Source: Pristiophorus japonicus
Lineage: Eukaryota
Direction of reading: 5' to 3'
Length of the DNA: 64,000 nt
Assembly (NCBI RefSeq): GCF_044704955.1
Contig: NC_091997.1
Span: forward strand, 15,500,001 to 15,564,000
Within the stretch, counting starts at the first letter, position 1, and each line of letters begins with the position of its first letter. Below, one piece after another: positions 38,198-49,890 of the stretch. The notes under the pieces are model-generated. The model ran no database searches. It worked only from the letters and a program-made list of their open reading frames with translations, and had not been told where the DNA came from. The translations under genes were made by a program, and so were the position numbers.

Positions 38198-39473
38198 CTC
38201 AGGCGCTCTACAAGGGAGCGTAAACCACCAGAGAGACTCAACCTGTGATCCCAATAAGACTTTGGGGGGGGAGGTGATGTCATGTATTCAACCAACATTG
38301 TAACCCATGTATAAACTGACTTAAGTTGTACACCATGAGAACACTGACCACTAGGTGGGAGACACTCCTAACCTGGACCTTCAGGTATAAAAGGGGAAGC
38401 TCTACCCACCTTCATCACTTGAGTGCTAAGGAATAAAGGACAGGTCACAGACTGACCTTCTCTCAAGCATGGGCCTCATGTGCATTTATACTGTATAGTA
38501 AGTACGTATCAATATCCTCTCTGCATCCACCTTGTCGAGCCCCCTCATTATCTTATATGTTTTGATAAGACCACCTCTCATTCTTCTGATTTTCAATGTG
38601 TATATGCCCAACCTACTCAACCTATCCTAATAAATCAACCCCCTCATCTCTGGAATCAACCTAGTGAACCTTCTCTGAACAGCCTCCAATGCAATTATAT
38701 CCTTCCATAAATACAGAGACCAAAACTGTACACAGTACCCCAGGTGTGGCCTCACCAATATCCTGTACAGTTGTAGCAGGACTTCTCTGCTTTCATACTT
38801 CATTCCCCTTGCAATAAAGGCCAACATTCCATTTCCCTTCCTGATTACTTGCTGTACCTGCATACTAACTTTTTGTGTTTCATGCACAAGAACCCCCAGG
38901 TCTCTCTGTACTGCAGCATTTTGCAATTTTTCCCCATTTAAATAATAATTTGCTTTTTTATTATTTCTGCCAAAGTGGATAACCTCACATTTTCCCACAT
39001 TATACTCCATCTGCCAAATGTTTGCCCACTCACTTAGCCTATCTATGGGCTAGAACCTCCAATTTTGTGGTTATCACCCAAAAATGGGTGATATTTCCTG
39101 CGTGGGCATTAAAAAAGGGTTTTCAGATCGTTGGCTTCTCACCCATTCTCAAAGCACCTAGTCTCCACTTTTGAAAATGGGCGTTACCACAAGCGATATA
39201 AAATGGGCGGCAGTGTTAAATTTTTTGATCTTCTGCTGTAAAGTGTGGCCGTTCTTAGCAACAGCATGGCAACGCTCGATTCCCGCGCTTCAGGAGATCA
39301 AGGGTCATCATGACATGCGCAGAAGAGGAGACAGAGAGAGAGGGAGCTCAGAGAGGCTGAAGGCGTGTCTGGGTGTGGTGCGGCTGCTTTGGGAGGAAGG
39401 AGGGAGACTTTAGAGCTTCACAGCAAGTAGGCAAACAAAAAGTAGCTGTTACCAGCCACATATTTGCCCGAAT

Positions 39474-41200
39474 TTGGCCTATAATGGAGAGAGAGGAGGA
39501 GGATTACAGCACGCTGTGGAGACTGATGCTGGTGAGAGCAGTGAGGTGGGAAAGGAGTGCAAAAGAGCCAGGAGTTTCTCGGATGAGGCAAATGCCTCCC
39601 TACTGCAGGAGGTCGAGTCAAGCTGGGGTGATTTGACCAAGGGAAGGCATGGGAAGTCCACCCCAAAGGCCTACCAGAGGATATGGACTGAGATAGCAGA
39701 GGTGGTCTCGTCGGCGACCAACGAGATGCGTGAGGGCAACCAATGCCACAAACGTTGGAACGGCCTTGTGGGATCTGCAAGAGTAAGTATTACATTGATT
39801 TACATGTACTTATGTATTTATATAATTTGATTTGTAACAGTCATGAGTGACTATCAGCAGCTGTGAGGTCTTTCACTTTTACCGGGAATGTTTTACTCAA
39901 AGCCTGCGGTCACGGTGTACGTTTTTAGGTAAAGAATGATAATTTTCATAATAATCATGATTACATCTGTTGGTTATGTGTTGTATCAGTCTCTGTGACA
40001 GTACATAGCAATGATATCACGCAATGATCTCATGCCATGTCGTCCTGTCACCTTTTACAGAAGAAGCTATCGACGATGAGGTCCATGCAGAGGCGAACGT
40101 GTGGGGGGCCACCAGTCCCCAGCGACATCACTGACATGGAGGAGTGAGTGCTCACACTCGTGGGGAAGCACCCCCGGACAGCCACGGAGGCATCTGCAGA
40201 CCCTGAAGTGATGCCACGTGAGTAAAGCTTACACCATTGCGTCATGTAAAGTCAATAGATGCCACACCCACTCATATCCGAACAATCATATATGATAGAT
40301 GATTTCTAAAATTGACATAAAAATAATGCTGGCCTAATGAAAATCATTGGAATACAAATGTGTTGATCGTCATAAAATGTGCTGCCTGTGATGATTTTGA
40401 GAGCAGTGGTGCTTTTGTCGTGCATATGCTGTGTGTAGCGCTGGACTCACCTTGTGACCCGAGCACCCTCTTCTCCTCTAATAACCTCATTTGTGTTTTG
40501 CAGCTCAGCCAGCAGCATGTCCCAAGGCAAGGCCACAGAGGCCAGAAGGTGGGGGCGCGGGGCCCGACTCTCCGGACGATCCTACATCTGGTGCTGAGGA
40601 GCTCTGATTCTCACCCGTCAATCCGCTGGGTCTGTTCACCATGGATGAGAGCGCGGACTTCGAAGAACCTGCATCGCCACGCTCCAGAAGCCATTCCACC
40701 CCAAGGCCATCTTGTGGTCCTCCGGTCATTCCCGCCTCCACGCTGGAGGTACCGGCCCCAAGCACCTCGCCACAGGGCACCCCATTTGTCCCAAGGACGG
40801 CGCCGATGCCACGGAGGTCCCGTGGACGCGGCAGGTCTGTTCCACGAGCGCCACATGACAGCGGAGAGATGGTACAGTTGTCGAGGAGGACTGTAGACAT
40901 TGGTGACCAGCTCATTGAAGCATTGGGGGGCATATCCCGACAGCTGGCCACCATGACTGAGTACATTCTGAGCATGGCGGAGGCCCTGGATGCGATAGCC
41001 AGGAACACTGCTGCCACAGGCCTCCCAGCGGTCCCCGAGTGCGGCACTCCAACTCTACGTTTTGCACCATGACTGCGGACGACAGATGAGAGCAAGAACC
41101 AAGATCCTGCTTCTGCATCAGAGAATGTTGCCCCTTCGGCACCCCCCACTCCCGTACCCATACAACGACCGCATCTGCCTTCATCACCCCCAATGAAATA
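39474..41200 (+). pseudogene. Harbinger Myb/SANT-like (trihelix) accessory gene, 3 exons (~39474-39782, 40061-40217, from 40504)
   Basis: RARSFSDEANASLL..IWTEIAEVV..QCHKRWNGL, then gtaagt; ttttacag|..RRTCGGPP..|gtgagt; tttgcag| into a Pro/Ser-rich exon. Exon 2 has an in-frame TGA. Confidence 0.85.
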
Positions 41201-41204
41201 CAGA

Positions 41205-43408
41205 TTGAGGGTGAGGAAGTTGTGTCAGAAACGAGCGTACCATGCTTAAACAAAGGGGACTACAGTGGGATGAGAGCAGAGTTGGCTAAAGTAGACTGGA
41301 AACATAGACTAAACGGTGGCACAATTGAGGAACAGTGGAGGACTTTTAAGGAGCTCTTTCATAGTGCTCAACAAAAATATATTCCAGTGAAAAAGAAGGG
41401 TGGTAAGAGAAGGGATAACCAGCCATGGATAACCAAGGAAATAAAGGAGAGTATAAAATCAAAGACCAATGCGTAAGGTGGCCAAGGTTAGTGGGAAACT
41501 AGAAGATTGGGAAAATTTTAAACAACAGCAAAGAATGACTAAGAAAGCAATAAAGAAAGGAAAGATAGATTACGAAGGTAAACTTGCACAAAACATAAAA
41601 ACAGATAGTAAAAGCTTTTACAGATAGATAAAACGGAAAAAAGTGACTAAAGTAAATGTTGGTCCCTTCGAAGATGAGAAGGGGGATTTAATAATGGGAA
41701 ATGTGGAAGTGGCTGAGACCTTAAACAATTATTTTGCTTCGGTCTTCACAGTGGAAGACACAAAAACCATGTCAAAAATTGCTGGTCACAGGAATGTGGG
41801 AAGGGAGGACCTTGAGACAATCACTATCACTAGGGGGGTAGTGCTGGATAGGCTAATGGGACTCAAGGTAGAAAAGTCCCCTGGTCCTGATGAAATGCAT
41901 CCCAGGGTATTAAAAGAAATGGCAGAAGTTATAGCAGATGCATTCGTTATAATCTACCAAAATTCTCTGGACTCTGGGGAGGTACCAGCGGATTGGAAAG
42001 CAGCTAATGTAACGCCTGTTTAAAAAACGGGGCAGACAAAATGCAGGTAACTATAGGCCGGTTAGTTTAACATCTGTAGTGGGGAAAATGCTTGAAACTA
42101 TCATTAAGGAAGAAATAGCGGGACATCTAGATAGGAATAGTGCAATCAAGCAGACGCAGCATGGATTTATGAAGGGGAAATCATGTTTAACTAATTTACT
42201 GGAATTCTTTGAGGATATAACGAGCATGGTGGATAGAGGTGTACCGATGGATGTGGTGTATTTAGATTTCCAAAAGGCATTCGATAAGGTGCCACACAAG
42301 AGGTTACTGCAGAAGATAGAGGTATGCGGAGTCAGGGGAAATGTATTAGCATGGATCGAGAATTGGCTGGCGAACAGAAAGCAGAGAGTCGGGATAAATG
42401 GGTCTTTTTCGGGTTAGAAATCGGTAGTTAGTGGTGTGCCACAGGGATCGGTGCTGGGACCACAACTGTTTACAATATACATAGATGACCTGGAAGAGGG
42501 GACAGAGTGTAGTGTAACAAAATTTGCAGATGACACAAAGATTAGTAGGAAAGCGGGTTGTGTAGAGGACACAGAGAGGCTGCAAAGAGATTTGGATAGG
42601 TTAAGCGAATGGACTAAGGTTTGGCAGATGGAATACAATGTCAGAAAGTGTGAGGTCATCCAGCTTGGGAAAAAAAGGACCTGGGGGTCCTTCTGCATGA
42701 ATCCCAAAAAGTTAGTTTGCAGGTGCAGCAGGTAATCAGGAAGGCGAATGGAATGTTGGCCTTCATTGCGAGAGGGATGGAGTACAAAAGCAGGGAGGTC
42801 CTGCTGCAACTGTATAGGGTATTGGTAAGGCCGCACCTGGAGTACTGCGTGCAGTTTTGGTCACCTTACTTAAGGAAGGATATACTGGCTTTGGAGGGGG
42901 TACAGAGACGATTCACTAGGCTGATTCCGGAGATGAGGGGGTTACCTTATGATGATAGATTGAGTAGACTGGGTCTTTACTCGTTGGAGTTCAGAAGGAT
43001 GAGGGGTGATCTTATAGAAACATTTAAAATAATGAAAGGGATAGAAAGATAGAGGCGGAGAGGTTGTTTCCACTGGTCGGGGAGACTAGAACTAGGGGGC
43101 ACAGCCTCAAAGTACAGGGGAGCCAATTTAAAACCGAGTTGAGAAGGAATTTCTTCTCCCAGAGGGTTGTGAATCTGTGGAATTCTCTGCCCAAGGAAGC
43201 AGTTGAGGCTAGCTCATTGAATGTATTCAAGTCACAGATAGATTTTTTTTATAACCAATAAGGGAATTAAGGGTTACGGGGAGTGGGCGGGTATGTGGAG
43301 CTGAGTCCACGGCCAGATCAGCCATGATCTTGTTGAATGGCGGAGCAGGCTCGAGGGGCTAGATGGCCTACTCCTGTTCCTAATCCTTATGTTCTTATGT
43401 TCTTATGT
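41205..43408 (+). mobile_element. CR1 LINE nested in Harbinger
   Basis: RT fragments at 41643-43052; (TTCTTATG)n tail. Confidence 0.95.
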
Positions 43409-43881
43409 TATACGTCATTTCAGCGGTAAAATGAGCGTTAAGTGGACGTTACGCATGAAAAAAAACTGGAGGTTCTAGCCCTCTAACCCTTTGCAGATTG
43501 TTTGTGTCCTCCTCACAATTTGCTTTCTCACCTATCTTTACATTATCAGCAAACTTGGCTACATTACACTCAGTCCCTTCATTCAAGTCATTAATATAGA
43601 TTGTAAATAGTTGAGGACCCAGCATGGATCCCTGTGGCAGCCCACTAGTCACTGTTTGCCAACCGGAAAATGACCCATTTATCCCGGCTCTCTGTTTTCT
43701 GTTAGTTAGCCAATCCTCTATCCATGCTAATATATTACCCCCAACCCCGTGAGCTTTTGCAGTAACCTCTTATGTGGCATCTTATCGAATGCCTTCTGGA
43801 AATCTAAATACACCACATCCACTGGTTCCCCCTTATCCACTCTGCTCATTACATCCTCAAAGAACTCCAGCAAATTTGTCA

Positions 43882-44570
43882 CATCTTACACTCTCACAGA
43901 CTTCAGTGTTTAAGAAGTCAAAATCAGAATACTTGGCAGTATGGGCATGAGCTAACTTCTTCATGCATCAGATTACCCACACTTTTACTTGAATCAAACA
44001 GGGAAAAAAAGCACAAGGGTCTTGCGCAGTAGCGAACCATCTTTACCCAGCTTTTAATTCATTAAGTACATGACTCAATGCTTAACAAGTGGCTCAGTGG
44101 CATTGCTGCAGGTGAGTTTGTTTAGACCACCGGTTAGTTATGACACATTTCACTTACAGCGAGCACATAGAGTAAAGATTTGTATTCTGAGAATGCCTTA
44201 AAAAAGGAAAGAAACATTAACGGCCATTTAATGCACGCTGTGTGATGTGTAATTTCATTCCCTTAATAGCGTTAATAAATAAAAATGGCATACATTTTTG
44301 TAAGATGCTTATGGGTATAAAGCAGTATGGTGCTACAGTGCTTTGGCATTCCAGCATCTTGTGGCATGAGTGGCAGGACTTGGGTTCATGCCCATGATTG
44401 CTCATACTGAAAGTTGATGATCATAATCATGGCATCAGTGGGAGGCAGTGAGTACAATTGCCCGAAGGAATCATCTGGCTTGCCAGACCAAATGTAAATT
44501 GGTACAGGCCTGGAAGCAGCTCGGCATCCACCCTTTTAAAAAATTAAGTAAAAATCTTCCATTTACTTAG
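43882..44570 (+). pseudogene. Totivirus-like RdRp N-terminal region (copy 4, continued)
   Basis: Single frame: THFTYSE (44143) ~ THLRPDE; SSILW (44350) ~ SRAIW; LPEGIIWLARPNVNW (44458-502) ~ LFELAVLMNRGVGHVSW, with matching spacing. Confidence 0.55.
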
Positions 44571-44603
44571 CTCCTTTCATGACCTCAGGATGTCCATAAG
44601 CGG

Positions 44604-45360
44604 CTGGGATTGGACAAGTTAGATGCAAGAGGAATGTTCCCGATGTTGGGGAAGTCCAGAACCAGGGGTCACAGTCTAAGGATAAGGGGTAAGCCATTTA
44701 GGACCGAGATGAGGAGAAGCTGCTTCACTCAGAGAATTGTGAACCTGTGGAATTCTCTACCACAGAAAGTTGTTGAGGCCAGTTCGTTAGATATATTCAA
44801 AAGGGAGTTAGATGTAGCCCTTACGGCTAAAGGGATCGAGAGGTATGGAGAGAAAGCAGGAATGGGGTACTGAAGTTGCATGATCAGCCATGATCATATT
44901 GAGTGGTGCAGACTCGAAGGGCCAAATGGCCTACTCCTGCACCTATTTTCTAGGTTTCTATGTTTCTGTGTTTACAGTCAATTAAATACTTTTGAACTGT
45001 AGTCATTGTAATGTGGGAAATGCAGCAGCCAATCTGTGCACAGCAAGGTCCCACCAACCAACAATGTGATTTTTTTAAATTGATATTGGTTGAGGGATAA
45101 TTATTAGTTAGGATACCAGGGAGAACTCCCTGCTGCACTTCGGAATAATGCCATGAGATCTTCTGTGTCTCATCCAAAAGTTAGAACATCTGATGGTGCA
45201 GCGCTCGCTCAGTACTACACTGGAGTGCCAGTTTAGACTTTGTGCTTAAGTCTCTGGAATGGGACTTGAACCCACAATCTTCTGCATCAGAGGCAAGGAT
45301 ACTGCAAACTTATGTGACCTTGCCAGCAAAGCCCATATCCCTTGAATGAATAAATACAAA
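44604..45360. mobile_element. CR1 3' end (+, 44604-44968) abutting a Deu-SINE (-, 44970-45360)
   Basis: GKPFRTEMRR..GMGY* plus tail, followed by the reverse complement of the SINE body and head. Confidence 0.85.
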
Positions 45361-48052
45361 CAAGCATCTTGAGTATCTTGAATTTTAGACATAGAATAGA
45401 CATTGAGCAACTCTTCACTCCAGCAGCTATGAATTTTTGGATGGTTCAGTTCAGTATGGATTAGTTTACAAAATAATTTTTGAGATGCATCAATTTTTTT
45501 CCGTTTTCACTTTTAGCTTTAACATTAATGGTACATTCTGTGGTGATATTTTATAAAAGTAAATTTAACGTGAATTTTTAATTAAGTTTCCATCTATCAT
45601 TTACCTATAATCTAATGATGGAACTGATGTTGATGCATGTTATGCGATGGGGAGTGCAGGGGCCCTGCTCACTATGAGTAAGATCGAAGACCAAGCTGTG
45701 AGGTGCACTTGTGGCAACAAGGAGACACTTTTGAATGGAGAGAGGATTACAGTCGACATTCATTCTGGATGAAAAGTCATGCACATTTCAGGTAAATCTC
45801 GACCAAAGCTCCTCACATGTGGGCCTGAATTAAGCAGCTGGTTATAAGAAAGTCTGGCATATAACTTGGGATTGGGTATCAAGGAGGCTGGCACATTGTG
45901 CATTGCGCTGCATGGATCCTTCACCACAATTGAAGGCATATGTCAGTTATATTGTTGATGAGGAAACTTTGAGGTTTGGGCGACAGCCAATACAATATAT
46001 AACCTGGAGGCTGCACTCATATATCCAGGATTCGATGCCCTGGACAGGAACCTAGATACATGATCATATGACTGGGTGGCAGAGTGGCAAACATTTACTC
46101 CTGAAATATTGACATTTGGCAATCTGTTCCTAAACTCTTTGGACTTAGGTAAGTGAGGTATGACTATAGAAAGAGAGAGAGAGAGAACTTCATAGCAGGC
46201 AGACAGAAACACTTATGCGTAGATGTTCGGTTTTCCCTTTAAACATAGTGCTGGGTCACCATGCATGTCAACTTAGTCCGTTTTTTTTTCATCTGCATGT
46301 TACACTTCATCAAGTGTTCTGCTGAGAATGAACAACTCCCCACTACCATCAAAAAGATGAGCGAAGCAAGTTGAATTGTAAACAGTTTTGAGACTTGAAT
46401 TCATAACTTTCTGGTAAGAAGCTAAATACCATACTGTTTGAATCACTCTGTCACTAGTGTGTTCTACCATTTATAAAACAATGCTGGCTTTAAAAATAAT
46501 TGTAATTTGTTCTAACATTTGCTACATTGTGCAAATCTTACCTGTTGAAGGCAGAGTTTATATTTGGTAAAAACATATTTTGAAAAATGCCATTGACTGG
46601 AGATCTTCTGCATCTCATCCAAAAGATAGAACGTCTGATGGTGCAGCGCTCGCTCAGTACTGCACTGGAGTGCCAGTTTAGACTTTGTGCTTAAGTCTCT
46701 GGAGTGGGACTTGAACCCACAACCTTCTGCGTCAGAGGCAAGGGTGCTACCAACTTATGTGACCTTGCCAACAAAGCCCGCATCCCTTGAATGAATAAAT
46801 AAAAACAAGCATCTTGAGTATCAGTTTGAATTTTAGACATACAACAGACATTGAGCAACTCTTCACTCCAGCAGCTATGAATTTTTGGATGGTTCAGTTC
46901 AGTATGGATTAGTTTACAAAATAATTTTTGAGATGCATCAATTTTTTTCCGTTTTCACTTTTAGCTTTAACATTAAGGATACATCCTGTGGTGATATTTT
47001 ATAAAAGTAAATTTAACGTGAATTTTTAATTAAGTTTCCATCTATCATTTACCTATAATCTAATGATGGAACTGATGTTGATGCATGTTATGCGATGGGG
47101 AGTGCAGGGGCCCTGCTCATTATCAGTAAGATCGAAGACCAAGCTGTGAGGTGCACTTGTGGCAACAAGGAGACACTTTTGAATGGAGAGAGGATTACAG
47201 TCGACATTCATTCTGGATGAAAAGTCATGCACAATTCAGGTAAATCTCGACCAAAGCTCCTCACATGTGGGCCTGAATTAAGCAGCTGGTTACAAGAAAG
47301 TCTGGCATATAACTTGGGATTGGGTATCAAAGAGGCTGGCACATTGTGCATTGCGCTGCATGGATCCTTCACCACAATTGAAGGCATATGTCAGTTATAT
47401 TGTTGATGAGGAAACTTTGAGGTTTGGGCGACAGCCAATACAATATATAACCTGGAGGCTGCACTCATATATCCAGGATTTGATGCCCTGGACAGGAACC
47501 TAGATACATGATCATATGACTGGGTGGCAGAGTGGCAAACATTTACTCCTGAAATATTGACATTTGGCAATCTGTTCCTAAACTCTTTGGACTTAGGTAA
47601 GTGAGGTATGATGAAAGAGAGAGAGAGAGAGAGAGAACTTCATAGCAGGCATACAGAAGCACACATGTGTAGATGTTTGGGTGGTCCCTTTAAACATGGT
47701 TCTGGGTCACCATGCATGTCAACTTAGTCCGTTGATTTTTCATCTGCATGTTACACTTCATCAAGTGTTCTGCTGAGAATGAACAACTCCCCACTGCCAT
47801 CAAAAAGATGAGTGAAGCATGTTGAATTGTAAATAGTTTTGAGACTTGAATTCATAACTTTCTGGTAAGTAGCTAAATACCACTCTGGTGTTTATCAATC
47901 TGTCACCAGTGTGTTCTACTATTTATAAAACAATGCTGGCTTTAAAAATAATTGTAATTTGTTCAAACATTTGCCACATTTTGCAAATCTTACCTGTTGA
48001 AGACAGAGTTTATATTTGGTAAACACATATTTTGAAAAATGCCATTGATTGG
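45155..48052 (+). repeat. Tandem duplication, two ~1.45-kb units (45155-46599, 46600-48052)
   Basis: Near-identical direct repeats; aatgccat(t)ga microhomology at the boundaries. Confidence 0.95.
45360..46599 (+). pseudogene. Endogenous totivirus-like capsid (copy 5a), central part
   Basis: FLDGSV (45434) ~ YHDGHV; FPSIIYL*SNDGTDVDACY (45587) ~ FPSIDVPYLDVRPLTVTEVNF; LTMSK; WATANTI ~ FYTAAQL; YDWV ~ YAWL; FGNL ~ FGSI; TTIKK ~ TTIDD. Aligns without gaps at nucleotide level to 31665-31935. Confidence 0.65.
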
Positions 48053-48175
48053 ACACCCATTAGAATATTTACACTGAGCTGTAATAGCAAATTAATCTGT
48101 TCCTCACTTTGTTTCCCACAGTTAATATTTTGAGAAGGATGAAAGATAGTGCAGCATGACATTAAAGCCACACAG
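46805..48175 (+). pseudogene. Endogenous totivirus-like capsid (copy 5b, duplicate of 5a)
   Basis: Second tandem unit; retains CAA (WLQES) where 5a has TAA. Confidence 0.65.
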
Positions 48176-49320
48176 GGGGTGAAATTCGATAATGCTAAAA
48201 AAGTGTGCGGGAACTGTGATGCGCGATATGCCCCCGCCCATTCAAAAAGTGCAGGGAACACGTCAATTTGGTGCGGTCTGCTAATTACCATGATAGGAGC
48301 ACACAGCCTAGTGCTGAATGTGCTGCTGACAGGCTGTGCGCTCAACAGGGGGCTGAAGTTCATGTTGCTGGAGCAAGGCTAGCTTTGCTTAAAGCTTGCC
48401 TGCTCCTCTTCAAGGCAGTCTGCCTACTGAGCATAAAAAAACATTAAAGTACCTTCAGCAGTAGGCAATCTGCACCTCTTAAAGCTGAACTGTCTTCTGC
48501 AGGTAAAAAAAATGCTAAGTGTGCTTCAGCACCAACACAAATAGCTCAGCATGTCAGGGAAAGGGCACCCAGGGACTTGTGTGCAGCAGTCAAGCTTTAT
48601 ACAGGGGGTCAACACTAGGGGCCAGGAGGCCCCCCAGAAAGAAGTATGTAGGACCAGTTTACCAAGGTGGTCACTGCCAGCAGAGTCGCCCCAAGGATCT
48701 GGCTCCAGTGTCCAAAGAAGTTTCACGTCCTCAGTGACAAGTGGGCAAGGTTAGTGAATGCATCTTCAAAAGACGACACCTACCAACTGCACCACTAGCC
48801 TCACACACTGCTCAATGCATGACCCCCATCACTCACCTACCAACAATCTCTACCAAACATGAGGCAACCTCACATTCCTGGATTGACCTCACCCCCTTAG
48901 AGGAGACAGTGCTGGCCAGTCTTGGCAGGGGCACGGCTGAGTCCTTGTTTCCAGTGGCGGGGCTGAAAGAATACAAAATGCTGGCATCTTCATACGTTAT
49001 CCTTCTTCTCACATCCCACGTCCCTCATCCCACAATTTTTTCTGCTTTACACATTGCACATGGTGTAAGCATGCACCTCTTGCTTTAGCCCACTTCCCTC
49101 ACCACAAGCCTACCCTTGTGCCTTCCTAATTTCAGACACCCAAGAAATCCAGCCTGTCCAGCCAATGGTTGACCAAGAAGAGGGAGAGGAAAGTGAAGAA
49201 GAAGAAACACCATCACTTGATTTCACACTTCCAGCCATCACCTCTTCTGCAAATGTCCTGCAAAGACATCTACAGTGTCCCCCACTGAAAGTCAGCAGCC
49301 TTTCACCTGCCATGCTGCAG
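48176..49320 (+). mobile_element. Decayed Harbinger-type element with Myb-like remnant
   Basis: gggggtgaaattc terminus, exon-like blocks and an acidic stretch typical of the accessory gene. Confidence 0.5.
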
Positions 49321-49890
49321 CCACTGGGGTAGCACAGTCCAATCTAATCAGGTGTATCTTCATGCATTACCCACTGGAACAAACCATTATTATACAAGTG
49401 AAAAACTGTGGGAGTTAAGCTAAATCTAAAGAGTTAACCTAGTTAACCTAATGATAGGTTAACGAAGCACATTTTTAAAAAAGCAATCCAAACAGGCCAA
49501 ACACAATTGCAGAAAGTTTAAAAAAATATTCTTGGTTAGGATTGCTTCAGAATAATTTAAGATAATTGCCTCACTATTCTTGGTTATTGTCACAATGCTG
49601 TTGTTTCACCATTCTGTTCATATGCTGCACCGTTTTTTACCCTACACTGAAACAGCCAACGTGCAGCCTTGTCTCACTGTGGAATTCACAATGCCACAGC
49701 TAGAGACCACTGAAGGGTCAAAGTTTCAATATGCAATTCGGATATTCTTTGAAATTTTGCTTGACAAATGCAAATGCTTAGATCAGCACTGTCTTCAAGG
49801 CTTAAAATGATTTATTCTGGCACAAGAGCAAACTAGGCCCAACTCAGAAATTCAAGGTTTAAAATTCAATCTTTACTTTTGTCTTTTAAG
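49320..49890 (+). pseudogene. Possible capsid C-terminus of copy 5
   Basis: 76-aa open frame with MPQL ~ LPRL, continuing in frame past one stop to QGLK (49853) ~ L-A QGL frameshift region. Confidence 0.35.

Larger units (their letters stand above)
34386..38511 (+). mobile_element. Ty3/Gypsy LTR retrotransposon with both LTRs
   Basis: 234-bp LTRs at 34386-34619 and 38278-38511 (TG..CA, 7 mismatches). PBS tggtgacaag at 34621, G-rich PPT before 38278, TSD ATATT/ATATC. Domain order is PR-RT-RH-IN. Confidence 0.97.
39047..43481 (+). mobile_element. PIF/Harbinger element carrying a Myb/SANT-like gene; no transposase visible; contains a nested CR1
   Basis: 15-bp TIRs gggctagaacctcca / tggaggttctagccc; 3-bp flanks TAT/TCT. 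Confidence 0.9.
34046..43881 (-). mobile_element. CR1 LINE (3' part) split into three pieces (34046-34385, 38512-39046, 43482-43881) by Gypsy and Harbinger insertions
   Basis: The pieces join seamlessly into CR1 RT/3'UTR once the inserts and TSDs are removed. Confidence 0.9.

Noticed and set aside
45640-46150. Resemblance to a MoxR/CobS-type AAA+ ATPase (ATANTI..YxG..R)
   Set aside because: There is no Walker A GKT or Walker B DE. The collinear capsid matches on both sides explain the region better.
46140-46156. Perfect splice donor AG|GTAAGT suggesting a host exon
   Set aside because: The upstream frames contain multiple stops and no convincing acceptor or partner exons were found. Exonisation cannot be excluded without RNA data.
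45600-46212. Minus-strand frame with conserved TGA codons read as selenocysteine or mitochondrial Trp
   Set aside because: A TAA is also present, and there is no SECIS-like element or recognisable mitochondrial protein. It is the antisense shadow of the + frame.
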